A stretch of DNA of 64,000 nt from Octopus sinensis (taxonomy: Eukaryota): assembly GCF_006345805.1 (NCBI RefSeq), contig NC_042998.1:152024001-152088000 (forward strand). Direction: 5' to 3'. The notes under the pieces are model-generated. The model was not told the origin of the DNA. It worked only from the letters and a program-made list of their open reading frames with translations, and ran no database searches. Below are positions 13,073 through 25,983 of this stretch, piece by piece (positions within the stretch are counted from its first letter, which is position 1; every line of letters starts with the position of its first letter). A program made the position numbers and the translations under genes.

Positions 13073-13639
13073 TAATAAAGAGTTAATTGCAACAAGTTGC
13101 TTAAACCACATACCGAAAATATTAGAAATAGCAGCCAAATAGGTTACCATTACTACTACTAGAAAAATAAGTCTCCACAAACAAACAGAATTTGTAACCC
13201 GTATATGGTAAAGAGAAAGAAGATAACGAAATCACAACCTACTTGGATCAATTATTGACGAATTCGTTTCTGGATTAGAATCGAAAATTCATTTCCTTAT
13301 CAACATAATATTTCCTATAAATCTAGAAATGCTAGGAAAAAACTCACCCATCATATTAATTTGACCAGGCGACATCGAACGATATAACGGTGTGCCAGCA
13401 TCTCCACATTTATATAGACATGCGAATTCGTATCTCCCTCCAAAATTTCACCACATGAGTTACAAAAACAGTACCACCGAAACGAAGTTTCGCAGATTCA
13501 TTGTATGGGAGTATTAGTATTCGATACATATAAGGGCTGATTATAATTATATATAATCCTTACCGAATATGGTCATTTCCATACCGAAAAAACTACCAGG
13601 TGAAATTTATTAATTTTATTAACGTTATCCTATATTAGT

Positions 13640-13669
<30 letters not shown>

Positions 13670-13670
<1 letters not shown>

Positions 13671-13790
13671 TGTTTCTTTATTAGCCACACAGGGCTGCAC
13701 ACAGATAGAACAAATTACAAGGTAGAGCTTTTCTTTTGAAGGTATTAAAAAAAAAAAAAAATAAAAAAATGACAGCATACGGAAGAAGTT
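13670..13790 (-). mobile_element. 3' terminus of the L1/Tx1-like element also seen at 15290-15357
   Basis: tgtttctttattagccacacagggctgcacacagat... is the reverse complement of the 15290-15357 end; abuts (GATA)n. Confidence 0.75.
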
Positions 13791-13809
13791 TAGGGGCAGT
13801 AGAAATCAG

Positions 13810-14530
13810 GAGACGCATCTTCCAAGGGGCTGCCTGTCCCCACTGATCTTTTTATTGTGCTTGACACCACTAACACTGATTCTGAGGAAAGCAAGAGCTG
13901 GGTATGTATTCAAAAGCCGCCAACAAAAAGTCAACTATGTGTTATTCAGAATGACTTCAAACTTTATGGTAAAGATGAATCCCAAGTCAGCTCCCTCGTT
14001 GATACGGTGTATACTTTCAGTGCTGATATCAGAATGGAGTTCGAACTGAAAAAGTGTGGTGTGTTAGTCTTGAAGAGAGGCAATATCAAACGTATGGACA
14101 GACTAACGACACCATCGGGGGAGGTTATGAAGCAGATAGAGCACAGGCTATAAGTACTTGGGGATTTGGGAAATGGATAAACTGCAGAAAAATTTAAGGT
14201 GGAGTACTTGCACAGACTGAGACTGATCCTTAAGTCGAAATTAAACGGACGGAATAAGATAGAAGCTATCAACTCCTGGGCGGTTTCACTCCTTAGATAT
14301 GGAGCTGAGGTAATCGCATGGACAGTGGACGAAATAAAAAGCTTAGACAGAAAGACAAAGAAGTTGCTAACTTGATATTGGACACTCCACCCAAAAAGTG
14401 ACACAGACAGACTGTCCTAGACTTGCCCAAAACCACTGCAAGTTGTGCCGACACGACCGGGTAGTGAAAGTGCTATATTGGAAACTGCGCTAAAAGTGGG
14501 GACTAGAGAGAGGCAAGACGTGGTATGAGC
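13810..14530 (+). mobile_element. Decayed R4/Dong-clade retrotransposon fragment (RT, then jump to pre-endonuclease region)
   Basis: IFQG..., FKLYGKDESQVSSLVDTVYTFSADIRMEFELKKC, then RHDRVVKVLYWKL...WYEHKP. Confidence 0.8.
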
Positions 14531-15357
14531 ATAAACCGCAGAGAGTGGCTTAGTCGAAGATAAGCTCTACAGATACGGCTCGAGAAACACGGGGCTGACC
14601 TGCCAAAGATGCGGTCAGAGCAACGAAACCGTTCTGCACGCACTCGTGCAGTGTCCAACAATTTCCGACCTGTGGGCTTATGTCGAACAACTGCTGTCAC
14701 ATGTGGGATGAGTCGGTTTATCAGCCGAGTCTATCGTCTATATTGTCACACCTCCTTCCTTCAAACGGGAAGGAAGAGCTATTTTCATCATCCTTGTGGC
14801 TATGGCGAAAGAATATATCTAGTGGACGCGTCTGAAAGGATTGGAGACAAACACTTTCCTCTCTGGTCAATCTCTCATCAACTTTTTCAAGTATCACATG
14901 AAAAGGAAAGTGAGAGTAGAGAGACAAGTTTTGTCTAGCAAATGTTTCAAAAAAGATGGGTGAATGTAGCAAGGATGGCACGTATGAATGACGAAGCCAC
15001 CTTGAGCATAATCCTATGAACCCGGAAATTTTAAAACAGAGGGTTACCTACTTGCAAACAAATGTGGTAACATGTAACATTGAAACGAGGTTACCGTGGT
15101 CTTTTCCGTAGGCTTTTCTTCCCATGGATAAACCTTATCTGCTTCCCCCTTCACACTTTACACCATGACACTATGATACATGATCCCTATTGATTGTTTT
15201 CTTCCCCCCTGTTTTTCCTCCTCCCCTTTTACAATCCCTTTTGATCGAAAACCTAACCCACCTTTTTTTTCTTTTTTTTTTCTCCCCCCAAAAGAAAAGC
15301 TCTACTTTGTAATCTGTCCTGTCTGTGTGCAGCTCTGTGTGGCTAATAAAGAAACAT
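14531..15357 (+). mobile_element. L1/Tx1-like LINE 3' fragment (C-terminal zinc finger, 3' UTR, AATAAA)
   Basis: TCQRCGQSNETVLHALVQCPTISDLWAYVEQLL is the CCHC zinc finger of L1/Tx1 ORF2; ends in aataaagaaaca followed by TATC-like repeats. Confidence 0.75.
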
Positions 15358-15494
15358 ACCTATCTATTTGTCTGTCTGTCTGCCTGTCAATTCTCTGTCA
15401 TCCTCTTTTTTCTCTATATTACTATATTGCTAATTTATTATTAACTTTCTTCTTCAATATGGCTGCGTTACACTTTTACTACAAGAAATATATT

Positions 15495-15531
<37 letters not shown>

Positions 15532-15605
15532 AAGTTTTAGCCTACATTGCGTACATGTATTTCTATATATTTCCTGATGAATGTCTAAAATAAGACCGAA
15601 ACCAG

Positions 15606-15677
<72 letters not shown>

Positions 15678-16022
15678 TGTGTGCTTACAAATCTATTGTA
15701 TAAGCATCTGTTCACATACATCAAGAGTATCCAATTACACAAGCGGTATCGTTTCTAGGCCATTGTACTAATATATTTACTCTACAATTAGTTTCAGAAA
15801 CACGCTGATTAAAGAAAAAATTATCAAAAATTAATTGAACTGGATCGAATCAGTAAGCTATTTATGCAAAGTATGTTTTCCTCGTCAGAGAAAGTCTTTA
15901 CTGTAGATACTATATGTGTGTATGTATGTATGTATGTAATAATATATGGGTATGCGCGCGCGTGTGTAAGGTAGAAAATATTTTAGTGGGGAAACATACG
16001 AGGTGGATATAAATAGAAATAA

Positions 16023-16362
16023 AGATAAGATGAAAAAACACAGAGTTGTTTTACAGGATTTAAGAGTATATTAGAGCCATGGCAATAAAGAAATTATACA
16101 ATTTTGTACAAAATAAGGTTTTGTTCTTTCAACATAATTGAAGTAAGGACCGGTTTCGCATTGCTCAACAAAATTGTTATCCCTGGCAATTTTTTTCTCT
16201 TTCAACTCAGTTTGATGAGCAATGAGAAATCGGTCCTTACTTCAATTATGTTGAAAGAACAAAACCTTATTCTGTACAAAATTGTATAATTTCTTTATTA
16301 TCATGGCTTTAATATACTCTTAAATCCTGTAAAACAAATCTTCTGTGTTTTTCATCTTATCT
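16023..16362. repeat. Fold-back element with ~150-bp arms and a 38-nt spacer; HHR remnants at the inner ends
   Basis: 16048-16172 versus 16211-16335 differ at 7 positions. Left arm on minus reads TTGTTGA-gc-aat-gc-GAAA-ccg-GTC; right arm on plus reads TTGATGA-gcaatga-GAAA-tcg-GTC. Confidence 0.9.
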
Positions 16363-16403
16363 CTTTCTCTCTGTTTCTGTTTGTCAGTCTGTCTGTCTCT
16401 GCC

Positions 16404-16522
<119 letters not shown>

Positions 16523-16605
16523 GGTCCCGGGTTGATCCGGGGTTAACCACAGTAAGTAAGGTACTCAATACATAGCAGAGTAAAATTAATTTATTATATA
16601 GAAGG

Positions 16606-16656
16606 AGCTTCTACAGGACTAGTACTGTTTCATTCAAGAGAAATCTTCAGGAAGCT
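16606..16656 (-). ncRNA. Type-I hammerhead motif (mirror of 17574-17624)
   Basis: Exact reverse complement of the 17574-17624 motif. Confidence 0.7.
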
Positions 16657-16836
16657 ATTTAACAAGAATTGTATTAGCATTTATACATTTAGGCAGGTTT
16701 AAAGGAGTGGTGGTGGGGGACTTTTTTGGGGGTAGGCATAGCGCAAAATATCATACTTGGGGGAGTGGTCAAGGAGTCAGTGGTAAGTTAGATGAAAGAA
16801 TAGATAAATAAAAAAATAAAATAAAAAATAAAAAAT

Positions 16837-16869
<33 letters not shown>

Positions 16870-16985
16870 ATAAAAAAATATAAAAAAAATAAAAAAATAA
16901 AATGTGTGCACATACATACATAAACACATATACATACACACACACATACGTACACATGTGTGCCTATACATACCTACACATACAC

Positions 16986-17040
<55 letters not shown>

Positions 17041-17184
17041 ATCAAATACAGGCCCATTCCCTAATTTTAATTTTATTATCTTCATTTATTACTTTTGTTA
17101 TCTTTGATCGCTAGGGATCAAAGATAACAAAAGTAATAAATGAAGATAATAAAATTAAAATTAGGGAATGGGCCTGTATTTGAT

Positions 17185-17251
<67 letters not shown>

Positions 17252-17573
17252 GTGTATGTGTAGGTATGTATAGGCACACATGTGTACGTATGTGTGTGTG
17301 TATGTATATGTGTTTATGTATGTATGTGCACACATTTTATTTTTTTATTTTTTTTATTTTTTTTATTTTTTTATTTTTTATTTTTTATTTTTTATTTTTT
17401 ATTTTTTATTTTATTTTTTTATTTATCTATTCTTTCATCTAACTTACCACTGACTCCTTGACCACTCCCCCAAGTATGATATTTTGCGCTATGCCTACCC
17501 CCAAAAAAGTCCCCCACCACCACTCCTTTAAACCTGCCTAAATGTATAAATGCTAATACAATTCTTGTTAAAT

Positions 17574-17624
17574 AGCTTCCTGAAGATTTCTCTTGAATGA
17601 AACAGTACTAGTCCTGTAGAAGCT
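17574..17624 (+). ncRNA. Type-I hammerhead ribozyme motif, GUA cleavage triplet
   Basis: agcttc-CTGAAGA-tttc(tctt)gaat-GAAA-cag(tactagtc)ctg-TA-gaagct. Stem I perfect 6 bp; stem III 4 bp; stem II begins with U.U then 3 bp. Confidence 0.72.
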
Positions 17625-17651
17625 CCTTCTATATAATAAATATATATATAT

Positions 17652-17740
<89 letters not shown>

Positions 17741-18181
17741 GACGTCACCAACTGTAAACAGCATGAAGTACGAAAACAAACGAGTTAGATACGCAAACAA
17801 CGAGAGAAAAAAATGGAAAACCAGACAAATGACACAAAGAACGACCCTTCATCAGTTGTCGGCTGTGTATCTACTCCTCATTTCGGCCATTCAACAACAA
17901 TATGAGTCTTCGAAGACAGTTACTCCCATAAATTCCAAAATAGTCAAAGTTGGGAACAAAAACAGGACAGTGGAGACATACAAGGAAACCGAACGAAAAC
18001 AAACATGGAGGGTCGTTAGACCAGAACGAGGGGAAATAATGAACGCAAGAGGAAATATTTTCTTTGAAAAGAGAAAAGATGTAAGAGACAAATAGAAGAC
18101 GTCCAGTCCTTGGAACGTCGAGCAGGAAAAGAAAGATGGTCACGTGAGAAAAAGAATGATGGACGATAGTGACGTGTGAGC

Positions 18182-18219
<38 letters not shown>

Positions 18220-18499
18220 CAGTGAAGGGGAGAAAAAGGAAATTAGAGAAGGATGGGGAGGAAAACAATGTAAAGTCGCATGGAAAAAGGTTAAGATAAA
18301 CTTATTTCGAAATGGATGCGTCCCTTTCAATTAAATAATAATATAAATAATACACACACACACACATATATATATGCATATATGGGTACAGGAGTCACCA
18401 ACTGTGAACTACAAAAAGTACGTAAACAAACACACAAATACGCAAACAACAAGCCTTCATCAGTTGTTGGTTGTCTACCCCTCATTTCAAGTATTCTCT

Positions 18500-18690
18500 C
18501 TCGCGCCGGGAGAAATGCTTAGCGGAATTTTGTCCGTCTTTACGTTCTGACTTCAAATTCCACCGATGACGACTTTGCCTTTCATCCTTTCGGAATCGAT
18601 AAAATAAATACCTTTTGAACAGGGAGTAGAGGTCAATGTAATCGACTTACCCATCTTCCTAAACTGCTGGTCTAGTGTCAACATTTGAAA
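18500..18690 (+). mobile_element. tRNA-derived SINE family A, 5'-truncated
   Basis: aaatgcttagcgg...ttcaaattccaccga...tttcatcctttcgg matches the copies at 24559-25295. Confidence 0.75.
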
Positions 18691-18976
18691 CCCATATTTA
18701 ATCAAATCTTTCTCACGTCCCAGTCTTTACATCTCTGCTTTCTTCCGCTAATCTCTCTGTTACTAATTAAATGTTCGCTAAATCCCTCTTTCTCATTCAT
18801 ATTCTTGTTTCTTCACTTTATTTGTATTCTTCCTTTCTGTCATTCAGCCAAACATTTTCCCCCCAAACTATGACAGTCTCCGTTTGTTTCTCTCTTTCTC
18901 TAGCTATGTTTCATTCAAAATATTTGAGTTCGTTTCTGCCTATCTGTCCTTTTAAATACACTCGCGCACGCACACA

Positions 18977-19027
<51 letters not shown>

Positions 19028-19593
19028 GCACGCACGCACGCACGCACGCACACGCACAGATACACAAGACTGACTTGTCCACAAAAAGCGCTAGCACACC
19101 GTGGAAACTCCAGAATATCAGGCCACTGAACCAGCTTAAATAAACTACTGCATTCTGCGTTTGTATTGAGTACTTCTCAGCATCGTTATCCGATGTGTGT
19201 AAGTTTACGTGTGTATGTATACACATATACACACACATATTCATGTACTTACACATCCCTCTCTTCTGTGTTCTCCTCTTCCTTTCTCTACTCCCCCTTG
19301 ACCGTCAGCCAATCTACACTTCAATATGACAGCTACCGCAATACTGTATGCTACGTTCCTTAAGGAGCTTCTTCAAAGCATTCCACTCATATAAATGCCG
19401 TGGGTCTCTTCAGAACCTCTTATCACATTTTGGCGGGTTCTTTTGTCGACTCCATGTTGGCTCTGAGTCAACATCAAAACTAAGACCGCCATATTTCATT
19501 GCCAACAAACACCATGTTTGAAATTTCTTCAATAGTACATTTCTCACAATTTCTCTTTATCTCTCACTATCACTCTCTTGCTCTCCCTTGCAA

Positions 19594-19632
<39 letters not shown>

Positions 19633-19856
19633 AATACACAAATACACACACATACGACTTTCTAACTGTGCTTCTATTATTATATATTTATGTCTCATTA
19701 TATACCTTTCTTTTCATTCCTTCTCTCTCTGTATCTCCCTGTTTCTCCCCCTATCTATTTCTACTAAACTGTTAGGCATCTATCTATCTACCTGATATAT
19801 ACCTATTTTTATATTCACCTAACCAATATGCCTCTGTGCATTACATACACACACAG

Positions 19857-19929
<73 letters not shown>

Positions 19930-20042
19930 CATACACACACATATATGAATGCATATCATCTATCTAAAGTTTATCTTTCTGCCACCTTACCATCTATGTA
20001 TCTACTTACGTTGCTATTAAGCTAATTGTCTTTCCATATATA

Positions 20043-20120
<78 letters not shown>

Positions 20121-20237
20121 TTATTTCGGAATGGTCATTTTGCCAGTTAAACCAATAAAAACACACGCACTATATATTTGGTGTTACTTTGCTTCAGTGT
20201 TATTTATTTTTTCACGTTAATCTTAATCTTATTTCGG

Positions 20238-20277
20238 CCAGAGTTCTCTCGTCACACTCCTGTGACCGCATCAGTGG
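20238..20277 (-). ncRNA. Degenerate hammerhead-like motif (same family as 42877)
   Basis: cca-CTGATGC-g-gtcac(aggagt)gtgac-GAGA-gaa-CTC-tgg; two core positions are mutated. Confidence 0.4.
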
Positions 20278-20588
20278 TCCTTTGTTTTCTTCTTTCGTAT
20301 TTGTGTGTCTCTCCTTACTAACCGTCAGCCATTTTGTATTTCTATTGTATGTGTCTTCATTTGCGAATGCGTATATCTCTATGTGCATCTATGTTTATTT
20401 AGTGTGTGTGTGGGGGGGGGAATGCCTGTAATATTTGTATCTTCTGTTTATATACGTTCGTGTAATTTGTTTTTTTCTTCTTTTTTTATTTTGTTCATGT
20501 TTACATCCACTTATTATTATTATCATCATTATTATTATTATTATTACGTATGCTTGTATGTATGTATAACAACAATACTAGTTATAAC

Positions 20589-20631
<43 letters not shown>

Positions 20632-20639
20632 CATTAAAA

Positions 20640-21060
20640 AAAATTTAGTTAAAAAAAAAATTAAATTCTTTTAAAATCTTTTAAATTAAAAAACCTATAT
20701 AATTATTTATTTCTATATTTTTATTTATCTGTGTATTTTATTTATTATGTTTTCAGTTTTGTTTATATAGTAACCAGTTTATGGGGATCCTCTTCTGTCA
20801 TATGTTGTGGCGTGTGCTAGTGTTCCATTCCAGTTTCCCATTCAGGCTAGGTTTATCTTCTATCATGTGTGTAGCTTCCGTAATTTGTCTGATTGTTGCA
20901 TCTGTTCTATGTGTGGACAAGATTTTAACCTCTATGTTGTTGATTGATCCCCTGTGTTCCTGCTCGGTGTGTTGGTACAGAATCGATGAGCTCTTTCCTT
21001 CCTTAAGTTCTCTCCAATGTTCATTTACTCTTGGTATGATAGCCATAAATACCAGACCAT
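20640..21060 (-). mobile_element. Penelope-like element 3' fragment (C-terminal part of GIY-YIG endonuclease)
   Basis: RVNEHWRELKEGKSSSILYQHTEQEH...EVKILSTH..DATIRQITEATHMIEDKPSLNGKLEW matches the PLE pattern R..EH...S....H..E.H...KIL...R.I.EA..I....P.LN. Confidence 0.75.
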
Positions 21061-21062
21061 TC

Positions 21063-21153
<91 letters not shown>

Positions 21154-21396
21154 GGAGACGCAATGGCCCAATGGTTAGGGCAGCGGACTCGTGGCGTTGT
21201 GAGTGTTTATTGAGCGAAAACACCTAAAAAGCTCCACGACGCTCCGGCAGGGGGGTCCCTGCTGTACTCTTTCACCACTCTTTCTTCTGTCGGCCTGCTC
21301 GCTTAGCCAGCGGGGTGGCGTCATTCAAAGACTAAAACACATTGCGACCAGCGATGTGTAACAACATCTGATGGTCTGGTCGGTCACGTGTTGACG

Positions 21397-21398
<2 letters not shown>
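21154..21398 (+). mobile_element. tRNA-derived SINE family B (B-box region deleted)
   Basis: Head ggagacgcaatggcccaatggttagggcagcggactcg matches 58733; the segment containing ggtttcgattcc is missing. Confidence 0.8.
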
Positions 21399-21451
<53 letters not shown>

Positions 21452-21626
21452 AATGTAAAAAAATACAAACTGGGACAAGAACGTGAAACATTTAGAAGAC
21501 GATACAAAAAACACGAACGGGACATTCGAAGCCTTCAATCTTCAGTCAAGAACCGGATCATCTTCGCAATTTCGGCTGATTAATCTTGAGATTAATATAT
21601 ATATATCTATATATATAGATTTATAT

Positions 21627-21688
<62 letters not shown>

Positions 21689-21817
21689 CATATATATAGA
21701 AAGACAATTAGTTTAATAGCAACGTAAGTAGATACATAGATGGTAAAATGACAGAAAGATAAACTTTAGACATATATACATTCATATATGTGTGTGTATG
21801 TATGTGTATATATATAT

Positions 21818-21927
<110 letters not shown>

Positions 21928-22863
21928 GGATGAATAGATAACCTTCTAGTATGTCTGCCTAGTTGTTTGTTTGACTGTTTCTCCTCTCTTTCAAGCCGTT
22001 TTTCCTCATTATCCCATTCTCTTTCTCCAGAGTTGACTCTGTATATCTTTTACTTCTTTCTCACATTCAGTTCCCGCTACATCTAGATAGCCATCCATCC
22101 CCCTCTAATCCATCCATCCATCCACCTACCTACCTACCTACCTACCTACCTACCTATCTACCAATCTGTCTATATTGTTTTCTTTCTTTCTTTCTGTCTA
22201 TCCTTCTTTCTTTCTTTACGGCTATCTAGTGATCGAGGCGCGTTCCAACAAACTAAATCTATGTCGCCTTTTAAGAAGCTAGGTCGTCAAATCTTCTGCC
22301 TCTTTTTGACTGTCCAACCTCATTCTCCCTCCGTTCTCTCTCTCATTTACTCTGTATCCTATTTACTTTCTCTGCTTATCTCTATCTCTTTCACTCTCTC
22401 GCTTTCTCCTTATCTTATTCAGTCTGTCTGTAACACTCACCATCCCTCTCACTTGCAGTATTCTCTTTAACCCCTTCCTTCTTCCAAAACCATATATAGT
22501 GCACAACCCTTCCCATTCCCTGATCCTTAACTCTGACGTCAATCTCTCTTCAGCAGTGAAGCCGTCAACTCTATTGTACGAAGAGACACTTGAGAGACAC
22601 CAATTTCCTACCGCACAACAATTCGCTGACACAAGCGACTGACTTTTTAAATATTGCAAATATCACACACACACACACGCACGCACGCACACATATTTTT
22701 GTCACTAGATTTTGTGTCCCGCAATCAATTTATGAAAGGTCGAATATCATCTATCTGGTGAACAGACAACACAGTTTGTGTAAATTGCCTGCATACGAAA
22801 CAGTGTGCGTGTATGCATGTATGCATGCATACATAGACATATACATACATACATATGTGTGTG

Positions 22864-22894
<31 letters not shown>

Positions 22895-22939
22895 GCAAGC
22901 ACATTCGTGCATAAGTATGCATATATATGTGTATACATG

Positions 22940-22997
<58 letters not shown>

Positions 22998-23049
22998 TAC
23001 AGAGGGTGAAATATAATTTAATAAAATCAACAAATTTCACCTATATATA

Positions 23050-24100
23050 TATTGGGTTGGCAAGAAAGTAATTTCATTTTTCGGAAATAGATAGTCAGGT
23101 TTTTTTTTTTAAATCACTTTTGTCAATGTTATGATTTTTTTCCTATTGACATTTGATAGCCATTATTTTTAGCTTACTTTAGAAGCAAATTGCGCGTAAT
23201 TTTGTTTACAGCTGTTAATTCAGTGTCAATTGTAACATGGAGTACAAAAACGAACATTTTCGCCATATTTTGCTCTTTTTGTTTCCGTGAAGGCAAGAAA
23301 ACTGCTGAGGCTCACAAAGAGAATTGTGAAGTTTATGGTGTTGATAGCTCAACAGAACGCACATGTCAGAAGTGCTTTTAAAAATTCCGTTCTGGAGATT
23401 TTTCACTCAAAGATGACCAACGTTCTGGTCGACATACTAAAGATGATGATAACCGACTCAAAACCATAATTGAACCTGGTTGTCATAAAACTGAGCGAGG
23501 GATTGCAGAGAGGTTAAATGTATCACACACAGCAATTGAAAATCACTTAAAATGCCTTGAACTCATTAAGTGGCTTGATATTTGGGTTCCACATAAATTG
23601 AAAGAGATTCACTTAACACAACGAATCAATATTAGCGATATGCATCTTAAACGCAATGAAATCGAACTATTTTTGAAACGAATTATCACTGGTGATAAAA
23701 AATGGATCATGGTCCAAGCGTAATGAACCAGCACAAACCACATCGAAAGCTGGATTGCATCAAAAAAGTTCATGTTGTCAATTTGCAGGGATTAATTACA
23801 AAGGTATTATGTATTTTGAACTGCTTCCAAGGAAACAAACGATCAATTCGGATGTTTGCTGTTAACAACTAATGGGACTGAAGGAAGCAGTAAAAAAAAA
23901 AAACGGCCAGAAATGGCAGATCGTGAAGGAATCATGGTCCACCATGACAACACTAACCACACACATCTTTGCTAACTCGTGAAAAATTTTTGGGGCTTGG
24001 TTGGGAAATGATGTCACATCAGCTATGCAGCCCTGAACTTGCACCATCAAATTACTATTTATTTCGAAGTGTGCAAAATTCTTTTCAATAATGATAATAT
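23050..24100 (+). mobile_element. Decayed mariner (DD34D) transposon; right end lost
   Basis: TIR tattgggttggcaa. Fragments MEYKNEHFRHILLF, IWVPHKL, FLKRIITGDKKWI; many stops and frameshifts. Confidence 0.85.
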
Positions 24101-24113
24101 TTCACTCACACAC

Positions 24114-24187
<74 letters not shown>

Positions 24188-24239
24188 AATTACTTTCTTG
24201 CCAATGCCTTAAAGAATTTTTACTTGAAGAATCAACCCC

Positions 24240-24450
24240 AGCACTTATTTCGCTTTTAAAGCCTGTTGCTTATTCTATTGGTCTCTTTAGCCGAATCGGT
24301 GAGTTACAGGAACGTAAACTCACCAACACCGTTTGTCTAGCGGTAGAGGGAAAGTGGAGAGCAAACTCAGACACGAGGGCACACACACCAATGTGTGTGT
24401 ACGACGGTTTTCTTTCAGTTTCCGTCAACCAAATCCAACTCACAAGCTGT
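24240..24450 (-). mobile_element. SINE family C fragment
   Basis: Reverse complement matches gtgagtggatttggtagacggaaactgaaagaag and cggttcggcaaaagagacc seen at 57905-58205. Confidence 0.7.
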
Positions 24451-24558
24451 TGAAGACACCTGCCGTTTCGCAATACTTGTGGCGAAATCATCATCATCAT
24501 CATCATCATTATCTTTGCTGTTGTTGTTGCTGTTGATGTTGTTGCTACTGTTGTGATT

Positions 24559-25295
24559 GAGGCGGTGAGCTGGCAGAAACGTTAGCACGTCGGGCGAAAT
24601 GCGTAGCTGTATTTCGTCTGCCGTTACGCTCTGAGTTCAAATTCCGCCGAGGTCAACTTTACCTTTCATCCTTTCGGGGTCGATAAATTAAGTACCAGTT
24701 GCGCACTGGGCTCGATATAATCGACTTAATCCGTTTGTCTGTCCTTGTTTGTCCTTTCTGTGTTTAGCCCCTTGTGGGTAGTAAAGAAATGGGTATTTCG
24801 CTTGTCGCTACGTTCTGAGTTCAAATTCCGCCGAGGTCGACTTCGCCTCTCATCCTTTCGGGATCTATAAATTAAGTACCAGTGAAACACTGGGATCGAT
24901 CTAATCGACTAGTCCCCTACCCACAAATTTGAGGCCTTGTGCCTATAGTAGAAAGGATTATTATTATTATGATGAAGGCGGTGAGCTGACAGAATCGTTA
25001 GCAGGTCGGGCGAAATGCTTAGCGGCATTTCTTCCATTTTTAAGTTCTGAGTTCAAATTCCGCCGAAGTCGACTTTGCCTTTCACGCTTTCGGGCTCTAT
25101 AAATTAAGTACCACTGAAATACTGGGGTCGATGTAATCGACTAGTCCCCTATCCATAAATTTCAGGCCTTGTGCGTTTCATCCTTTCGGGGATCTATAAA
25201 GTAAATACCAGTTACGTACTGAGCTCGATGTGATCGACAAGCCCTCCCACCACCAATTTCAGGCCTTGTACCTATAGTAGAAAAGATTATTATTA
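24559..25295 (+). mobile_element. Cluster of tandem SINE family A copies (two with heads, plus partial units)
   Basis: Heads ggcggtgagctggcagaaacgttag at 24561 and ~24977; B-box-like gagttcaaattcc occurs three times; (ATT)n spacers. Confidence 0.85.
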
Positions 25296-25319
25296 TTTGA
25301 TCAAAACTCTACTTATTTT

Positions 25320-25925
25320 ACAGGGTATGGTGGAAAGTGTCAGTCGTCCACAGCCAGCAGACTAAGGTGACACTTGTTTACTGGTCATGCTCCCAGAACC
25401 CCGCGAAGAATTCTTGCAATTTCAAACAATGCAGATTTTTGTAGGTGCTTTACCTTTCCATTTGCAGTAATTTCTTTTTAGCCATGTTAGTAGTTGAACG
25501 CTGATACTTCCAAGTGCGTCAATTACTATTGGTACCACGTCTACTCTCTTCAATGACAACAACTTTCGTATTTCTCATTTCACATCATCATAGTTGTTCA
25601 GGTTTTCATCCTTCTTTTTGATCCTGTTGTTACCTGGACATGCTATGTCGATTATCATACATGTTCTTTCTTTTCTATTCATCACAACAATGTCCGGTTT
25701 CCGCTGCATGGTCGGGTGATAGCACTGGATCATTGTATTCCACAGGATTTTGCAATTTTCATTCTCGGTGACTCCCTCTGGAGCTTGCTCTACCACGTCT
25801 TTGCTTTTTGTAGGCCATGGTTTCCACACAGCTCTCAATGGATCAGTCTTGCCACATTGTCATGTCTTTTGTATTCGCGTTGTGACAATTTCGGGCATTC
25901 GCTAACGATGTACCATACGGTTTCA
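25320..25925 (-). mobile_element. R4/Dong 3' fragment (restriction-like endonuclease) bounded by (TAA)n
   Basis: KILWNTMIQC...RKPDIVV...CMIIDIACP...VVPIVIDALG...ARILRGVL. Confidence 0.85.
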
Positions 25926-25939
25926 TCCCCCTCACCACA

Positions 25940-25983
<44 letters not shown>

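Larger units (their letters stand above)
16589..17641. repeat. 1.05-kb near-perfect palindrome (521 and 526-bp arms, 6-nt spacer)
   Basis: 16589-17109 is the reverse complement of 17116-17641; the only differences I found are in the (TA)n and A-rich tracts. Centre ctttgatc-gctagg-gatcaaag. Confidence 0.95.

Noticed and set aside
17838-17890. CTGATGA on the minus strand as a hammerhead (also 12575 and 18450)
   Set aside because: No stem II partner with GAAA downstream; at most a remnant.
22490-22640. Protein-like frame IVHNPSHSL...FADTSD as a terminal exon
   Set aside because: Short, no homology recognised, no strong acceptor.
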